The notes: generated from the letters alone by a model not told the origin. DNA of 64,000 nt from Escherichia coli (GCF_045037415.1 NZ_CP173438.1); one strand, 5' to 3'; shown: positions 51,017 through 60,661, counted from the first letter of the stretch. Numbers and translations: made by a program.

Positions 51017-51493
51017 ATGGAAAACCAAGAGGAATTACAAAAAGAGATTTTGACCTGGGCGGCAAGGGCAGGGCAGGAACTCGTCACGATTGAAATCTGC
51101 CGGGCCTGGTTCAGTCAGGGACGCAATGATGAGTTGAGACTACATGAATTTGAGGACGCGGACGGCAACGTGGACTGGAGAGCCATCAACAACAATCGGC
51201 AGAAAATCTTTCGCTGGTTACGTGGCGAGACAACGGCGGCGCGCCGAAAAACTCAGGTGCTGGCCAGTGTGATGAAAGCCGTGCTACCCGCAGAACGGCG
51301 GGCACGTCTGGAGTCGCCGGGCGATCCCGTTTTGCTGGCAACGCTGGCGGCAAAAGAAGGGGTGGAAGCGATTAACGCTGTACATCTCCACTTCGCGCCA
51401 GAGTTAACTATTCAGGAAATTGACGAAGCAATAGCGGCGCTGGTAGCGACGCGAGGAGCAGTGATACGCACTGCGCAAGACCACCATGCATGA
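51017..51493 (+). CDS. Hypothetical early regulatory protein (CII/YdaT-like position)
   Basis: 158-aa ORF with AGGAG RBS following cro-like gene. Confidence 0.5.
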   Translation: MENQEELQKEILTWAARAGQELVTIEICRAWFSQGRNDELRLHEFEDADGNVDWRAINNNRQKIFRWLRGETTAARRKTQVLASVMKAVLPAERRARLESPGDPVLLATLAAKEGVEAINAVHLHFAPELTIQEIDEAIAALVATRGAVIRTAQDHHA

Positions 51494-51532
51494 GCGCCTG
51501 ACCAGCGTTTAACTTATACCGAGGAAAGACCG

Positions 51533-51757
51533 ATGTTAAGACATATTGACCGCATTACCTGGCGTAACGGCTGGCACCTGAATGGACGCCCGGCACATGT
51601 TGCAGAGATCCGCCCCATATTCGATGGCCGCGTCGCAGCTGCACGTTCTGTATGGGAAAAGTACGAAGAAGAAAAAGCGAAACTGCGTGAGCAAAATCTC
51701 TCTGGCGCTGCCTATGAGGCTGGCTGTCGCGTTCTCTCAGAGGCTTTGGGCATATGA
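51533..51757 (+). CDS. Hypothetical small prophage protein
   Basis: 74-aa ORF preceded by the conserved CGCCTGACCAGCG...GAGGAAAGACC motif. Confidence 0.5.
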   Translation: MLRHIDRITWRNGWHLNGRPAHVAEIRPIFDGRVAAARSVWEKYEEEKAKLREQNLSGAAYEAGCRVLSEALGI

Positions 51758-52509
51758 ACATCCTCCCGTTACTTGATAGACCCATAGCCTTCCAGAGAAG
51801 TTTTATCCGTCTTGAAATGGGCGTGACTGCCGCATTGTTTCTGTCGCAGTTGACGTACTGGACAAACAGAACAACTGACGACGGCTGGGTATATAAAACC
51901 CAGGATGAGTGGGAAGAGGAAACAGGGCTTTCACGATACGAGCAGGAGGGCGCGCGCAAAAAACTACGTGGTCTCGGCGTCTTGCTGGAACGTAAACAGG
52001 GCTTGCCTGCCAGGCTGTACTACAAAATCGATAATGATGTGTTGTGCCAGCTACTTACGTCCGCATACAAGGATGCGGAAAAACCACATACAGGTGAGGG
52101 GAAAACCACCAGGCCTGTACGTGGAAAACCAACAAACATTCTTACAGAGAATACTACAGAGATTATTACTGATGGTGAATCGGCTGACGCCGACACCCAA
52201 CAACCTGCCGACCAGAGAATAAATTATCAGGTGATACTCGATACCTATCACGAGATTTTGCCAGAGATGCCACCAGTGAAAATCCTCACTGACGGCAGAA
52301 AAAAACACCTTCGCACTTTCTGGAAAAAATTCAATTTCAATGAGTCCCGTTGGCGGGCCTATCTGGAATTTATCGGTGGCAATTGTCGCTGGATGCTGGA
52401 GGACAGGCCAAATGGCAGGGGAGGATTCTGGCGGCGTAAAAATCTTGATTATCTGATTACCGAACGCTGCTATGTTTCGGTCAAGGAAGAACGCGCAAAT
52501 GATAAATAA
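51754..52509 (+). CDS. Phage replication initiation protein (O-like / replisome organiser)
   Basis: N-terminal winged-helix-like region and conserved phage C-terminus (...GGFWRRKNLDYLI); immediately precedes the helicase. Confidence 0.65.
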   Translation: MNILPLLDRPIAFQRSFIRLEMGVTAALFLSQLTYWTNRTTDDGWVYKTQDEWEEETGLSRYEQEGARKKLRGLGVLLERKQGLPARLYYKIDNDVLCQLLTSAYKDAEKPHTGEGKTTRPVRGKPTNILTENTTEIITDGESADADTQQPADQRINYQVILDTYHEILPEMPPVKILTDGRKKHLRTFWKKFNFNESRWRAYLEFIGGNCRWMLEDRPNGRGGFWRRKNLDYLITERCYVSVKEERANDK

Positions 52510-53914
52510 CGCGATTGCACTGTACAGCGTTGACGCAGAACAGGCTGTTCTGGGCTGTCTGATGCTGAATACCGACCACGACAGAACCAATGCGGTATTT
52601 GCGTTACTGAAACCGGAAACGTTTTATATCAATGCGCATCAGGTTATCTACCGGGAGATCAAAGGATTATTTCAAGCTGATAAACCAACTGACCTGATAA
52701 CACTGACCGAACTGATGGAATCGAAGGGGCTGTATGAGCGCGTGGGGGGATTCGCATACCTGGCTGAAATGAGTAAGGCGGCGATTCCGGCCTCAATGGT
52801 CAACTACGCGAAAATTGTACGTGAAAAAGCCATTCTTCGTTATGCCGTGGAAAAGTTGAATTCTTGTCTGGAGATTATGATCCAGCCTGCAGATATGACT
52901 GCTACTGACAGGATCACCGCCGTTCAGCAAGTGATTGGGCAGGTGGCCGAACATTCCCGTACCGGGCATAAGGGCGGTTTGCGTCCGGCAAGTGAAGTCG
53001 TCGATGACTGGATAGATGACCTTGAGCGCCGTTTCAATGATCCAGCACATGCAGCCGGACTAACGCTCGGAATCGAAAGCCTTGATCGCTTAATGGCACC
53101 AAAGCAGGCGTTAAGAGGTTCATTGGTCGTTATTGGTGCCCGGCCAAAAATGGGCAAGACAGCCGCGTTTAATAAAATTGCGGTGCATTTTGCTCTGAAT
53201 CATCGTTTGCCGACGCTGGTATTTAGCCTGGAAATGACTGACAGAAGTCTCATTGAACGCATGGTTGCGCAGGAAGCAAAGGTCAATTCGGAGATTTTTT
53301 ATCTTGGCCCTAACGATGAATCTGAATTGAGTCTCGCAATAGCAAAGGCGGGGGAGATTGCCGAATCCAACATGATGATTGACAGCACGGCAGGTGTAAC
53401 CCTTGCGCATATTGTCGCTGAATGTCGAAAAGTTAAACGGATGCGTGGCTCGGTTGGCCTGGTGGCAATTGACTATTTGACGCTGATGAAGACCGAATCG
53501 GCAGAGCGTAGGGATATTGCGTATGGCGATATCACAACCGGTTTGAAGAACCTGGCAAAAGAGCTGGATTGTGTTGTGGTCCTGCTGACGCAACTCAACC
53601 GAAAGCTTGAAGAACGTGCCGATAAGCGGCCTAACCCGAGCGACAGTAAAGATACCGGGCAGATCGAACAAGATTGCGATGTCTGGATTGGCCTCTATCG
53701 TGATGCTGTTTATAACGAAAATGCCGACCCAAATCTCATGGAAATGTTGCTACGTCTGAACCGCGAAGGACCATCGGGAACAGCCTATGCCCTGATGAAA
53801 AATGGCTCAGTTATTGATATCAGCGATGAGGAGGTTTATCGCCTTACCAACGACCGCTCAGAAAAAAATAAACGTTATTCCCGTAGCGATAATTCTCGCA
53901 CAAATGAATTTTAA
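52499..53914 (+). CDS. Replicative DNA helicase, DnaB family (phage-encoded)
   Basis: DnaB N-terminal domain (AEQAVLGCLML...), Walker A GARPKMGKTA, RecA-like core. Confidence 0.9.
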   Translation: MINNAIALYSVDAEQAVLGCLMLNTDHDRTNAVFALLKPETFYINAHQVIYREIKGLFQADKPTDLITLTELMESKGLYERVGGFAYLAEMSKAAIPASMVNYAKIVREKAILRYAVEKLNSCLEIMIQPADMTATDRITAVQQVIGQVAEHSRTGHKGGLRPASEVVDDWIDDLERRFNDPAHAAGLTLGIESLDRLMAPKQALRGSLVVIGARPKMGKTAAFNKIAVHFALNHRLPTLVFSLEMTDRSLIERMVAQEAKVNSEIFYLGPNDESELSLAIAKAGEIAESNMMIDSTAGVTLAHIVAECRKVKRMRGSVGLVAIDYLTLMKTESAERRDIAYGDITTGLKNLAKELDCVVVLLTQLNRKLEERADKRPNPSDSKDTGQIEQDCDVWIGLYRDAVYNENADPNLMEMLLRLNREGPSGTAYALMKNGSVIDISDEEVYRLTNDRSEKNKRYSRSDNSRTNEF

Positions 53915-53952
53915 CCACGCCTGACCAGCGTGAAATAACCGAGGAAAGACCA

Positions 53953-54363
53953 ATGACCACCACTCCAGGCAAATTAGAGTACCCGTCGGACAAAGGACAC
54001 ATAGACGACGGTAAAAACTATCTCGACGTCATTTTGTGGAATATGAACGTCGGGCCACGTGCGCGCACTCGCGCGGTTTTTGTGCCAAGACCTAAAGCAG
54101 GCAATTTTTCAACCCCTGCTAAGCCTGCCCGTCAGGCATCCGTAGCCGCAGCGCCAGCAGTGAAACGTAAGGGCAAAACGCACACCGGGATCGCGATTCG
54201 CAGAAATGGTGAGCGGCAAGTGAAACTCCACGAAACAGCGACAACCTGGTGTGCCTCACCGCATGAAACTTACGACAAGATAACCGGGCAGCGCATTGGC
54301 GCGCCTGGTCGCTGCCGCCTGCTGCTGAGTTCCATCACTCCGATAGCAAAGAAAGGGGCGTGA
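53953..54363 (+). CDS. Hypothetical prophage protein
   Basis: 136-aa ORF preceded by the conserved intercistronic motif. Confidence 0.5.
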   Translation: MTTTPGKLEYPSDKGHIDDGKNYLDVILWNMNVGPRARTRAVFVPRPKAGNFSTPAKPARQASVAAAPAVKRKGKTHTGIAIRRNGERQVKLHETATTWCASPHETYDKITGQRIGAPGRCRLLLSSITPIAKKGA

Positions 54364-54364
54364 T

Positions 54365-54601
54365 ATGGCCGGGCAATCAGATTACCTGCCGCCCGGCTTA
54401 CCACACAACCGCGCCAAATGGCCCCAGGAATACCAGCTTAAAGAGCACTACGACATGCGAGCGGCGGCGCTGATCCGCCAACTCTTTGAGAAACGTATTC
54501 CGAGGGGAAGCGTGATTGAGCAAATCGGAATGACGCCAGATACGTACCGGGAATTTTTCAGAGAGCGTCTGAACTACTGGAGAGGGGTGATGGAACAATG
54601 A
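54365..54601 (+). CDS. Hypothetical prophage protein
   Basis: 78-aa ORF, start abuts upstream stop. Confidence 0.45.
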   Translation: MAGQSDYLPPGLPHNRAKWPQEYQLKEHYDMRAAALIRQLFEKRIPRGSVIEQIGMTPDTYREFFRERLNYWRGVMEQ

Positions 54602-54909
54602 AATACAAACGGTGGGTGCGTGCGGAAGTCGTAATCATCAAACAATGTGCGGGCAGCATGACAGTTGAACGTATAGGGCAGCTTATTGGCAGAACCGGTG
54701 CAGCGGTACGCACAAAAGCGCGCGAGCTGAAAATCTGTATGTATCTGCGGGGTAATTATCACCAGTCAGTGAAATACCTCCAGGAAGATATCGAGCTGGC
54801 AAGGGAATTACATCAGTCGGGTATTAATCGCCAGGATATCGCAGAAAAACTCGAAATGCCGATCGGAGCGGTGAATCAGTTTGTTTATTTTGAGCGGAGA
54901 ATTTCATGA
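54598..54909 (+). CDS. Hypothetical prophage protein with HTH-like segments
   Basis: 103-aa ORF; stop/start overlaps on both sides. Confidence 0.45.
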   Translation: MKYKRWVRAEVVIIKQCAGSMTVERIGQLIGRTGAAVRTKARELKICMYLRGNYHQSVKYLQEDIELARELHQSGINRQDIAEKLEMPIGAVNQFVYFERRIS

Positions 54910-55130
54910 AAGAACTTTTTCTTGCATTTGTGCCCCGGTTTATTAATGACCAGATCGCACTGACTGATAATGGTGAACAATATGAAATTGCCTGCAGCAT
55001 GGTGGATGTGAATCCTGGCGAACGGTATGACGCGATGTGTGACCTGAAAATATTTACCTGGCTGGGTTGGGCTATTCCGTGTGGAGAACCAACCAATATT
55101 CGTCCGTTTGAGAGCAGGGAGGCTGTATGA
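54906..55130 (+). CDS. Hypothetical prophage protein
   Basis: 74-aa ORF. Confidence 0.4.
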   Translation: MKELFLAFVPRFINDQIALTDNGEQYEIACSMVDVNPGERYDAMCDLKIFTWLGWAIPCGEPTNIRPFESREAV

Positions 55131-55317
55131 GTGAATTGAAAATACGTCGCAAGGCAATAGCACGCGTTAAAAATCTATTACCAGTGCCTGTCAAATATCG
55201 TTTTTGTGGTGGGAATGTACGGATTGGTACGGATGTATGGTGATTGCGGAGTGACGTAAAACGAATCGTTGTGGGTGTAATATCGTCAATATCATTGGTT
55301 TCCCGGAGGGAAAGGAC

Positions 55318-55539
55318 ATGTTTGGCGATAAACTGGAGTTACCACGGAACGGGCGGATAGTGCTCTATATTTCAGATTACAAAGTAACCCGGGCTGAGGT
55401 GTTGGAACCGGAAAAACATCTGGTCACGTTACCGGACATTATTGAGTTGTATAAGCGGGTCGGATATGTGGACTTGCATCGCGATGATGTTCCCGTTGAG
55501 TGTATGGAATGTGAACACCGGAGGTTTGAAGTTGATTGA
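55318..55539 (+). CDS. Hypothetical prophage protein
   Basis: 73-aa ORF with GGAGG-like RBS. Confidence 0.45.
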   Translation: MFGDKLELPRNGRIVLYISDYKVTRAEVLEPEKHLVTLPDIIELYKRVGYVDLHRDDVPVECMECEHRRFEVD

Positions 55540-55763
55540 ATTGACTTAGAAAAAGTCCGGGGCTATAGTTTCCGCGCAGCCGCAAAATCGGTTGCCGGGA
55601 TTGGCGTCCCGGATATCTAAGTGACGCATAGCCGCGTTAGCGGTTTTTTTATGTGTTAGGCACGGCCACATTCGCATTATGGTGGGCTGTGTGGGGGCTT
55701 CTGTGGAAGCGCCGGGTTCACTTAGCCGGTTACGCCAACCCTGCACAGCTCACCACCAGATGA

Positions 55764-56600
55764 TTGGCGTCGCTGGTGGTGATGAAAAAAACACTAAGTG
55801 AGGCCACTGCGATGACAGTCCAAATATCTGCGGAATCCCTTTCTCCGCTACATCATAACCAACTTCCCGTCATCACTACTGAATTGCTTGCCAGTTTGTA
55901 TGGCACGGAAGTAAATGGTATCCAGCAAAACTTCAAGCGCAACATCGCCAGATTTGTCGTAGGAAAGCATTTTTTTAAGCTGGAAGGTAATGAATTACGC
56001 GACTTCAAAAACAGACTGACAGATAGTCAGTCAGTTGCTAAACATACCCGATCCCTCATTCTCTGGACAGAACGCGGCGCAGCTCGCCATGCCAAAATGC
56101 TGGAAACAGAACAGGCCTGGGAAGTTTTCGAAAAGCTGGAAGATTGTTATTTTAGCCAGCGTCCAGAGAGGCGGAGTACAACTACCGATGACCGTACTCC
56201 CTTGCGTGATGCCGTTAATATACTGGTCGGCAAGAAAGGCATGATGTATCCCGATGCCTACACCATGATTCATCAACGCTTCGCCGTCTCTCACATAGAA
56301 CAACTGTCACAGACGCAAATGTTAGAGGCGATTGAATACATCCACTGCCTGCTACTCGATGAAAATCACCCAACCATTCCAGATTTTTCTTTTATCACCA
56401 CTATCAAAAATGGAAAAGTGACCGGGATGCGCCATGTTGCCAAAGGCGAACATCTGATGACCTTTGACGCTTTCAAAGAGATCGCTGAGCGGGCAGGGTA
56501 TCTGGTGATCCACAGCGACAATCTGCGAAGTATGACACTGGATAAATTGATGGTAATGGGGAAAAAGTCGGCTATATCCGTTGCTAATTCAGCATTTTGA
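55764..56600 (+). CDS. ORF6N/KilA-N-domain protein (antirepressor-like)
   Basis: N-terminal ...LPVITTELLASLYGTEVNGIQQNFKRNIARFVVGKHFFKLEGNELRDF... pattern; start codon uncertain. Confidence 0.6.
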   Translation: MASLVVMKKTLSEATAMTVQISAESLSPLHHNQLPVITTELLASLYGTEVNGIQQNFKRNIARFVVGKHFFKLEGNELRDFKNRLTDSQSVAKHTRSLILWTERGAARHAKMLETEQAWEVFEKLEDCYFSQRPERRSTTTDDRTPLRDAVNILVGKKGMMYPDAYTMIHQRFAVSHIEQLSQTQMLEAIEYIHCLLLDENHPTIPDFSFITTIKNGKVTGMRHVAKGEHLMTFDAFKEIAERAGYLVIHSDNLRSMTLDKLMVMGKKSAISVANSAF

Positions 56601-56628
56601 CAGGTTGTTTGGGGCGGAAATACTCTAT

Positions 56629-56696
56629 TTGCGCTTAAAAAGGTATTTGACCACGACCAGCACGAGACCGAATACCTCTGTCAAAGTACCGCCCAT
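56629..56696. repeat. Direct repeat copy 1 (68 bp): 3'-end remnant of a membrane-protein gene
   Basis: 63 of 68 positions identical to 60051-60118; minus strand encodes a 23-codon remnant MGGTLTEVFGLVLVVVKYLFKRK preceded by a stop. Confidence 0.85.
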
Positions 56697-56774
56697 ATAA
56701 AACAGTTACATATGCACTTGATGACTAAGCTGGCACCAGGTTAACACCTGGCGCCAGCTTGAAGGAGACTTCAG

Positions 56775-57698
56775 TTATTGGTTTCTGAGGAAAGCGATTC
56801 TTGAAAGGGTCATTTGCGTCTGGCAGTCGACCATTTTCTTGACTTCAGCATCTGTTCCCTGCATTGAAACTTTACCGCACATAGCATCCTTAGTTTTGAT
56901 CCACTGACGCTGAGAAGGCAGCAAATCTTTTTTCTTCGCCGGGGTTAACTTGCTCCAGACGGTACTCAAATCAGAGTCGGCATTCGCAAATGCCATTCGG
57001 GACTGATCAAGGTTGTCAGCTTTTTGCGGCTGAAGTTGTGCCTGTCTCTCTATTTGCTTCTCCGCCTCATACTTAGCCTGTTCTTGCGCCCTGAGTTGCA
57101 CCTGTTGTTCCGCTTCAATTTGACTCTGTTGGGCATCCTTAGCCTGCTGGATTTTCTGCTGCTCAACGATCGGGGTGATAATGGAAAGCGATGTCAGTAA
57201 AGCGGCGCCCACTGATATCGGATTATCAGTAGAGGTTTTTACAAAAACGTTTTTCTGATCGTCGGTCGCCTGCACGGTGTAGGTGATACGTTTTGAAAAG
57301 GCGTTTGCGTTGTTCTCCAAAAACAGGCTTTCCATTTGCTTATCGAGATTACGATTAAAATTCTTTCTGTAAGCATCTGAAAGCTGGACGTACTCGTTCG
57401 CAGATAGAGTCATCGTCACGGTCCCTTCACAAGTTTTCATTGTGCTGCCCGTGTCACTTGATGTTGTGGAGATCTCAGAGATGGCTAGTTTGATCTTGTC
57501 CAGTGTGCTTCGTTTGGTCTGATTAGTGACATCAGGGTATTTATCGACCTGTTCAGAGAGTCCTTCATAAGCAGATTTTTTTAATAAATCCATGAGAGCT
57601 GACTGGGTTATTTCCGAAGAACAACCGATCTCATCTTTTTTGTTATCACAGCCTGTAAGGGCAATGGCGAGTAAGAGTACTGAGTATTTTAATCTCAT
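56775..57698 (-). CDS. Prophage lipoprotein with LprI/DUF1311-like C-terminal region
   Basis: Lipobox LTGC after signal peptide MRLKYSVLLLAIA; Gln-rich coiled-coil middle; C-terminal two-Cys region ...WIKTKDAMCGK...MVDCQTQMTLSRIAFL. Confidence 0.65.
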   Translation of the reverse strand: MRLKYSVLLLAIALTGCDNKKDEIGCSSEITQSALMDLLKKSAYEGLSEQVDKYPDVTNQTKRSTLDKIKLAISEISTTSSDTGSTMKTCEGTVTMTLSANEYVQLSDAYRKNFNRNLDKQMESLFLENNANAFSKRITYTVQATDDQKNVFVKTSTDNPISVGAALLTSLSIITPIVEQQKIQQAKDAQQSQIEAEQQVQLRAQEQAKYEAEKQIERQAQLQPQKADNLDQSRMAFANADSDLSTVWSKLTPAKKKDLLPSQRQWIKTKDAMCGKVSMQGTDAEVKKMVDCQTQMTLSRIAFLRNQ

Positions 57699-58885
57699 GA
57701 ATTCCCTTTAGAGTAAGGATTGGTTTTTAAGACGCGGTCTGTAATCAGTCCCGAGAGCTACAGTAAACAACGCTGAGCACTGAACGCATCACAGGTAAGG
57801 TAAAAGGTGATATCGGCAAAGGCTGTGAAACCTTTAATTCAACAGATGGGAACGGTATGCGCAGGATCCTGTAACGACGCTCCCAAAACCGGAAACCTGT
57901 AAGGCATGTTTTCGCTGCTGAACTTAATATACGAACCTGCACTATCATGAACATATTTTATATCGTTATACCCCGAGTGATTGTGCCCGGCAATGGATAG
58001 TGTCCTGGAGGAACTATTTCTACTGTAAAAGGTAGATATTTAATTTCAGTTTTGAATTATTCCCTGCTGTTAATAACAATGGCTGTATATGGCACCGAGT
58101 AGGCATTTTTTCGCTTACTGAAGGGCAGCTGTGAGCGAGGAACAGACTTTCCCTACTTCGTTGAGAGTACACCTAGTACAATCAAGGCTAAATGATAAAA
58201 ATATACAAAATATCATATTTATGATATATATAATGGCATTAATCTTATTCTTGGATTACGTTGAAAGGGTAATATTATATTTGTGTAACATAGTTTAGAT
58301 AACAATGCCGTTATGGGGGGGGAAAGACATTTCAACATATTAGCTTTGTATCTAACGCTCATGTAGATCTCGATTTTGAACTTAAAGAACAATTATTTTT
58401 TAGAGAGCAAGGTATTTTTGGGGAACAAAAACATAAAGTAATGGAGAGAGGAGAATGTATCAAAAAATCATCGATTTAATTTAGATTGTCCGTATAGTTG
58501 GGGGTAAGTCGAATCGCTGGGCTACATGGAATATTGTGTCAAGTAAAAATATATTTCAATCTTGCAATAACCGATTGTTGAAAATAATGTCAAATCTTAA
58601 TGGTGAATGGGGAGAATATAATAAACATGAGTCGATATTATGCAAATGGATTTAAATATTTTATACCCGAAGACATAGGGTTTCGAGAGTTCGATGAGAC
58701 TACTTTGAATGCTTTCGAATTTGCTGGCTAAAACATATAGGTTATATCTTACATCTGTTTGTAATGGAGCGTAGATGCGACAAGCTACACCATAATAATC
58801 ATATTATGATATATTGTTAAGTTGTTATGGCATTAAATAAAATTATGTCATTTTGTTAACCAAGCAAGAATCAAAGGACTTTTAG

Positions 58886-59584
58886 ATGGGTACGGCATTA
58901 ATTTCAAGCTTTATTAGTGGTGCAATAGCTATAATCTCTATTGCTATATCTACTTATAATCAGAATAGAATAAACAAGCTCAATGAATCACTGGATGTAA
59001 GGAGAAAACATCAGTACTATATTGAACCGTTAATTCGCTCAGCTTCAGACTTACAAAGCCGTATTTATAATATATTAGAATTGGGGTTCATTGAAGAGTT
59101 TTATCATAATGGGAATAAGCGCCAACAAGATTATGTTATCAACAATACTGTTTTTCTTTTTTCCCAGTTTTTTGCATGGACAGAAGCTGCCCGCATAGAC
59201 ATTCAATACCTTAGCCTAGAAAAAAATAAAAAAATGAGGGAGTTTATTAGATTACAGAACAATATTAACTCATTAATCCAAACAGACGTCTTTGGTCAGT
59301 ATTTTATGTTTTTCATAGGAGAGCAGAGAGCTATTGCAGAAAAGATGCTGATATCAACAGATACTGGATTTGATTGCATAGGTTACGGCAGTTTCACAAA
59401 GGAAAATTGCTTTATCAATGAGCCATTTTTTTTAGATTTAAACAATGAAGTGATAAATATGACAAGAGATATCGGAATTTATAAAGAAAGGCTAATCAGA
59501 ATACAGCACGCGTTAATCGATTTAATTAATTTTCTTGATCCTGGCATGATTCGATTTGACGGAAAAAAATATGGAAAAATATAA
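58886..59584 (+). CDS. Hypothetical single-pass membrane protein (232 aa), AT-rich foreign-looking gene
   Basis: N-terminal TM helix MGTALISSFISGAIAIISIAISTY then ~200-aa soluble region with no recognisable motif; AAAGGA RBS. Confidence 0.6.
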   Translation: MGTALISSFISGAIAIISIAISTYNQNRINKLNESLDVRRKHQYYIEPLIRSASDLQSRIYNILELGFIEEFYHNGNKRQQDYVINNTVFLFSQFFAWTEAARIDIQYLSLEKNKKMREFIRLQNNINSLIQTDVFGQYFMFFIGEQRAIAEKMLISTDTGFDCIGYGSFTKENCFINEPFFLDLNNEVINMTRDIGIYKERLIRIQHALIDLINFLDPGMIRFDGKKYGKI

Positions 59585-59769
59585 CCCAGATGATTCGTAT
59601 CAAGGTAAGTTGCTATATGTATCAATTTAATTATGGTTGGGTGAAATTTATGTTAATAGTAGCGGAGGGTTAGTTAAAATATGCTCTCAGTGATTTTTGG
59701 ATAGTTCTTTTATTTATCATTGAAAGTAAATATGTATAGCTTCAAGATTTACAAGTGAATCTGTTTATT

Positions 59770-59801
59770 GACAGTCCGCTTATGGCACAGAGCGGACTGT
59801 C
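59770..59801 (+). terminator. Hairpin, possible terminator of the 232-aa gene
   Basis: Inverted repeat GACAGTCCGC...GCGGACTGTC; weak downstream T-run. Confidence 0.4.
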
Positions 59802-60046
59802 ATATTAAATTTGGCTCCACGCCATAGATGTGTCAGCTCATATCTTATCTAATACACACAATAACTTTCTCATTCTTGGAGAATTATTTTTTTAAGGGTA
59901 GGTGTTGACGTTAGAGCAAAAGAATGGTGATTTTTTTGATGTGTATTACGTTGGAACTGATGGGAATAACTATCTGTTTTCAACGCACTGCTAATTTATC
60001 AAGGCCCTTTGATCAGGGCCTTCGAAAGACTGTTGGACCGAGAGAG

Positions 60047-60652
60047 TTACTTGCGTTTAAAAAGGTATTTTGTCACGACCAGCACGAGGCCGAATACCTC
60101 TGTCAAAGTACCGCCCATGTACAACTGTAGTGTTAAATCCTCAAATTCCAGCTTACCTGCGCCGTCGGCAATAAATACACCATTCATTATCAGAAGTTGG
60201 AAAGCAAGGATAATCAGGAACCATTTCCCGTATCGTTTTTTTAGAGCGATTTCTGCTTCAAAATCTTTGTTGTTGAGTTGTTTGCGCTCATGCTCGGTAT
60301 CAAGTGAATTCACCTGTTTCACAGATGTGAACTCGGTCAAGATTTTACTCTCAGTACGGGTGACTTGTTGAGAGGGTGTAGCAGTTGGAATTCTTTTGCT
60401 AGACGCAGCTACAGCCATTTTGCGAGCTTCGGCAGCTCTTTTTCTGGCTATTCCGCGAATACGGACAGCCGTTTTTTTGGGGGCGTGCGAAACCTTTGGC
60501 TGAGGTGAAGCTTCGTCAGGAGACTGAACCGGAGTTTCATCGTCCTCCGGCTCAACCTCTTCTGCTAACTGACGGTGTAGGTTGAGGGAATCCTTCAGTC
60601 TGCGTGCTACTTCCTGTTTGAAACGGCTGTTAAAATCGTCATCCGATGGCAT
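60047..60652 (-). CDS. Hypothetical membrane protein: charged, disordered N-terminal region plus C-terminal two-TM hairpin
   Basis: WFLIILAFQLLIMNGVFIA and GGTLTEVFGLVLVVTKYLF hydrophobic segments; start 10 nt after the upstream stop. Confidence 0.65.
   Translation of the reverse strand: MPSDDDFNSRFKQEVARRLKDSLNLHRQLAEEVEPEDDETPVQSPDEASPQPKVSHAPKKTAVRIRGIARKRAAEARKMAVAASSKRIPTATPSQQVTRTESKILTEFTSVKQVNSLDTEHERKQLNNKDFEAEIALKKRYGKWFLIILAFQLLIMNGVFIADGAGKLEFEDLTLQLYMGGTLTEVFGLVLVVTKYLFKRK
60051..60118. repeat. Direct repeat copy 2 (68 bp): authentic 3' end of the 201-aa membrane-protein gene
   Basis: Encodes C-terminus ...QLYMGGTLTEVFGLVLVVTKYLFKRK of ORF 60047-60652. Confidence 0.85.
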
Positions 60653-60661
60653 TTTAAAGCG

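Noticed and set aside
60001-60022. Hairpin AAGGCCCT-TTGATC-AGGGCCTT just past the membrane-protein stop
   Set aside because: No flanking U-run on either strand, so not called as an intrinsic terminator.
59924-60130. 68-aa plus-strand ORF
   Set aside because: Its C-terminal half is just the antisense translation of the 68-bp repeat and membrane-protein gene end; a near-identical reading at repeat copy 1 has no start codon.
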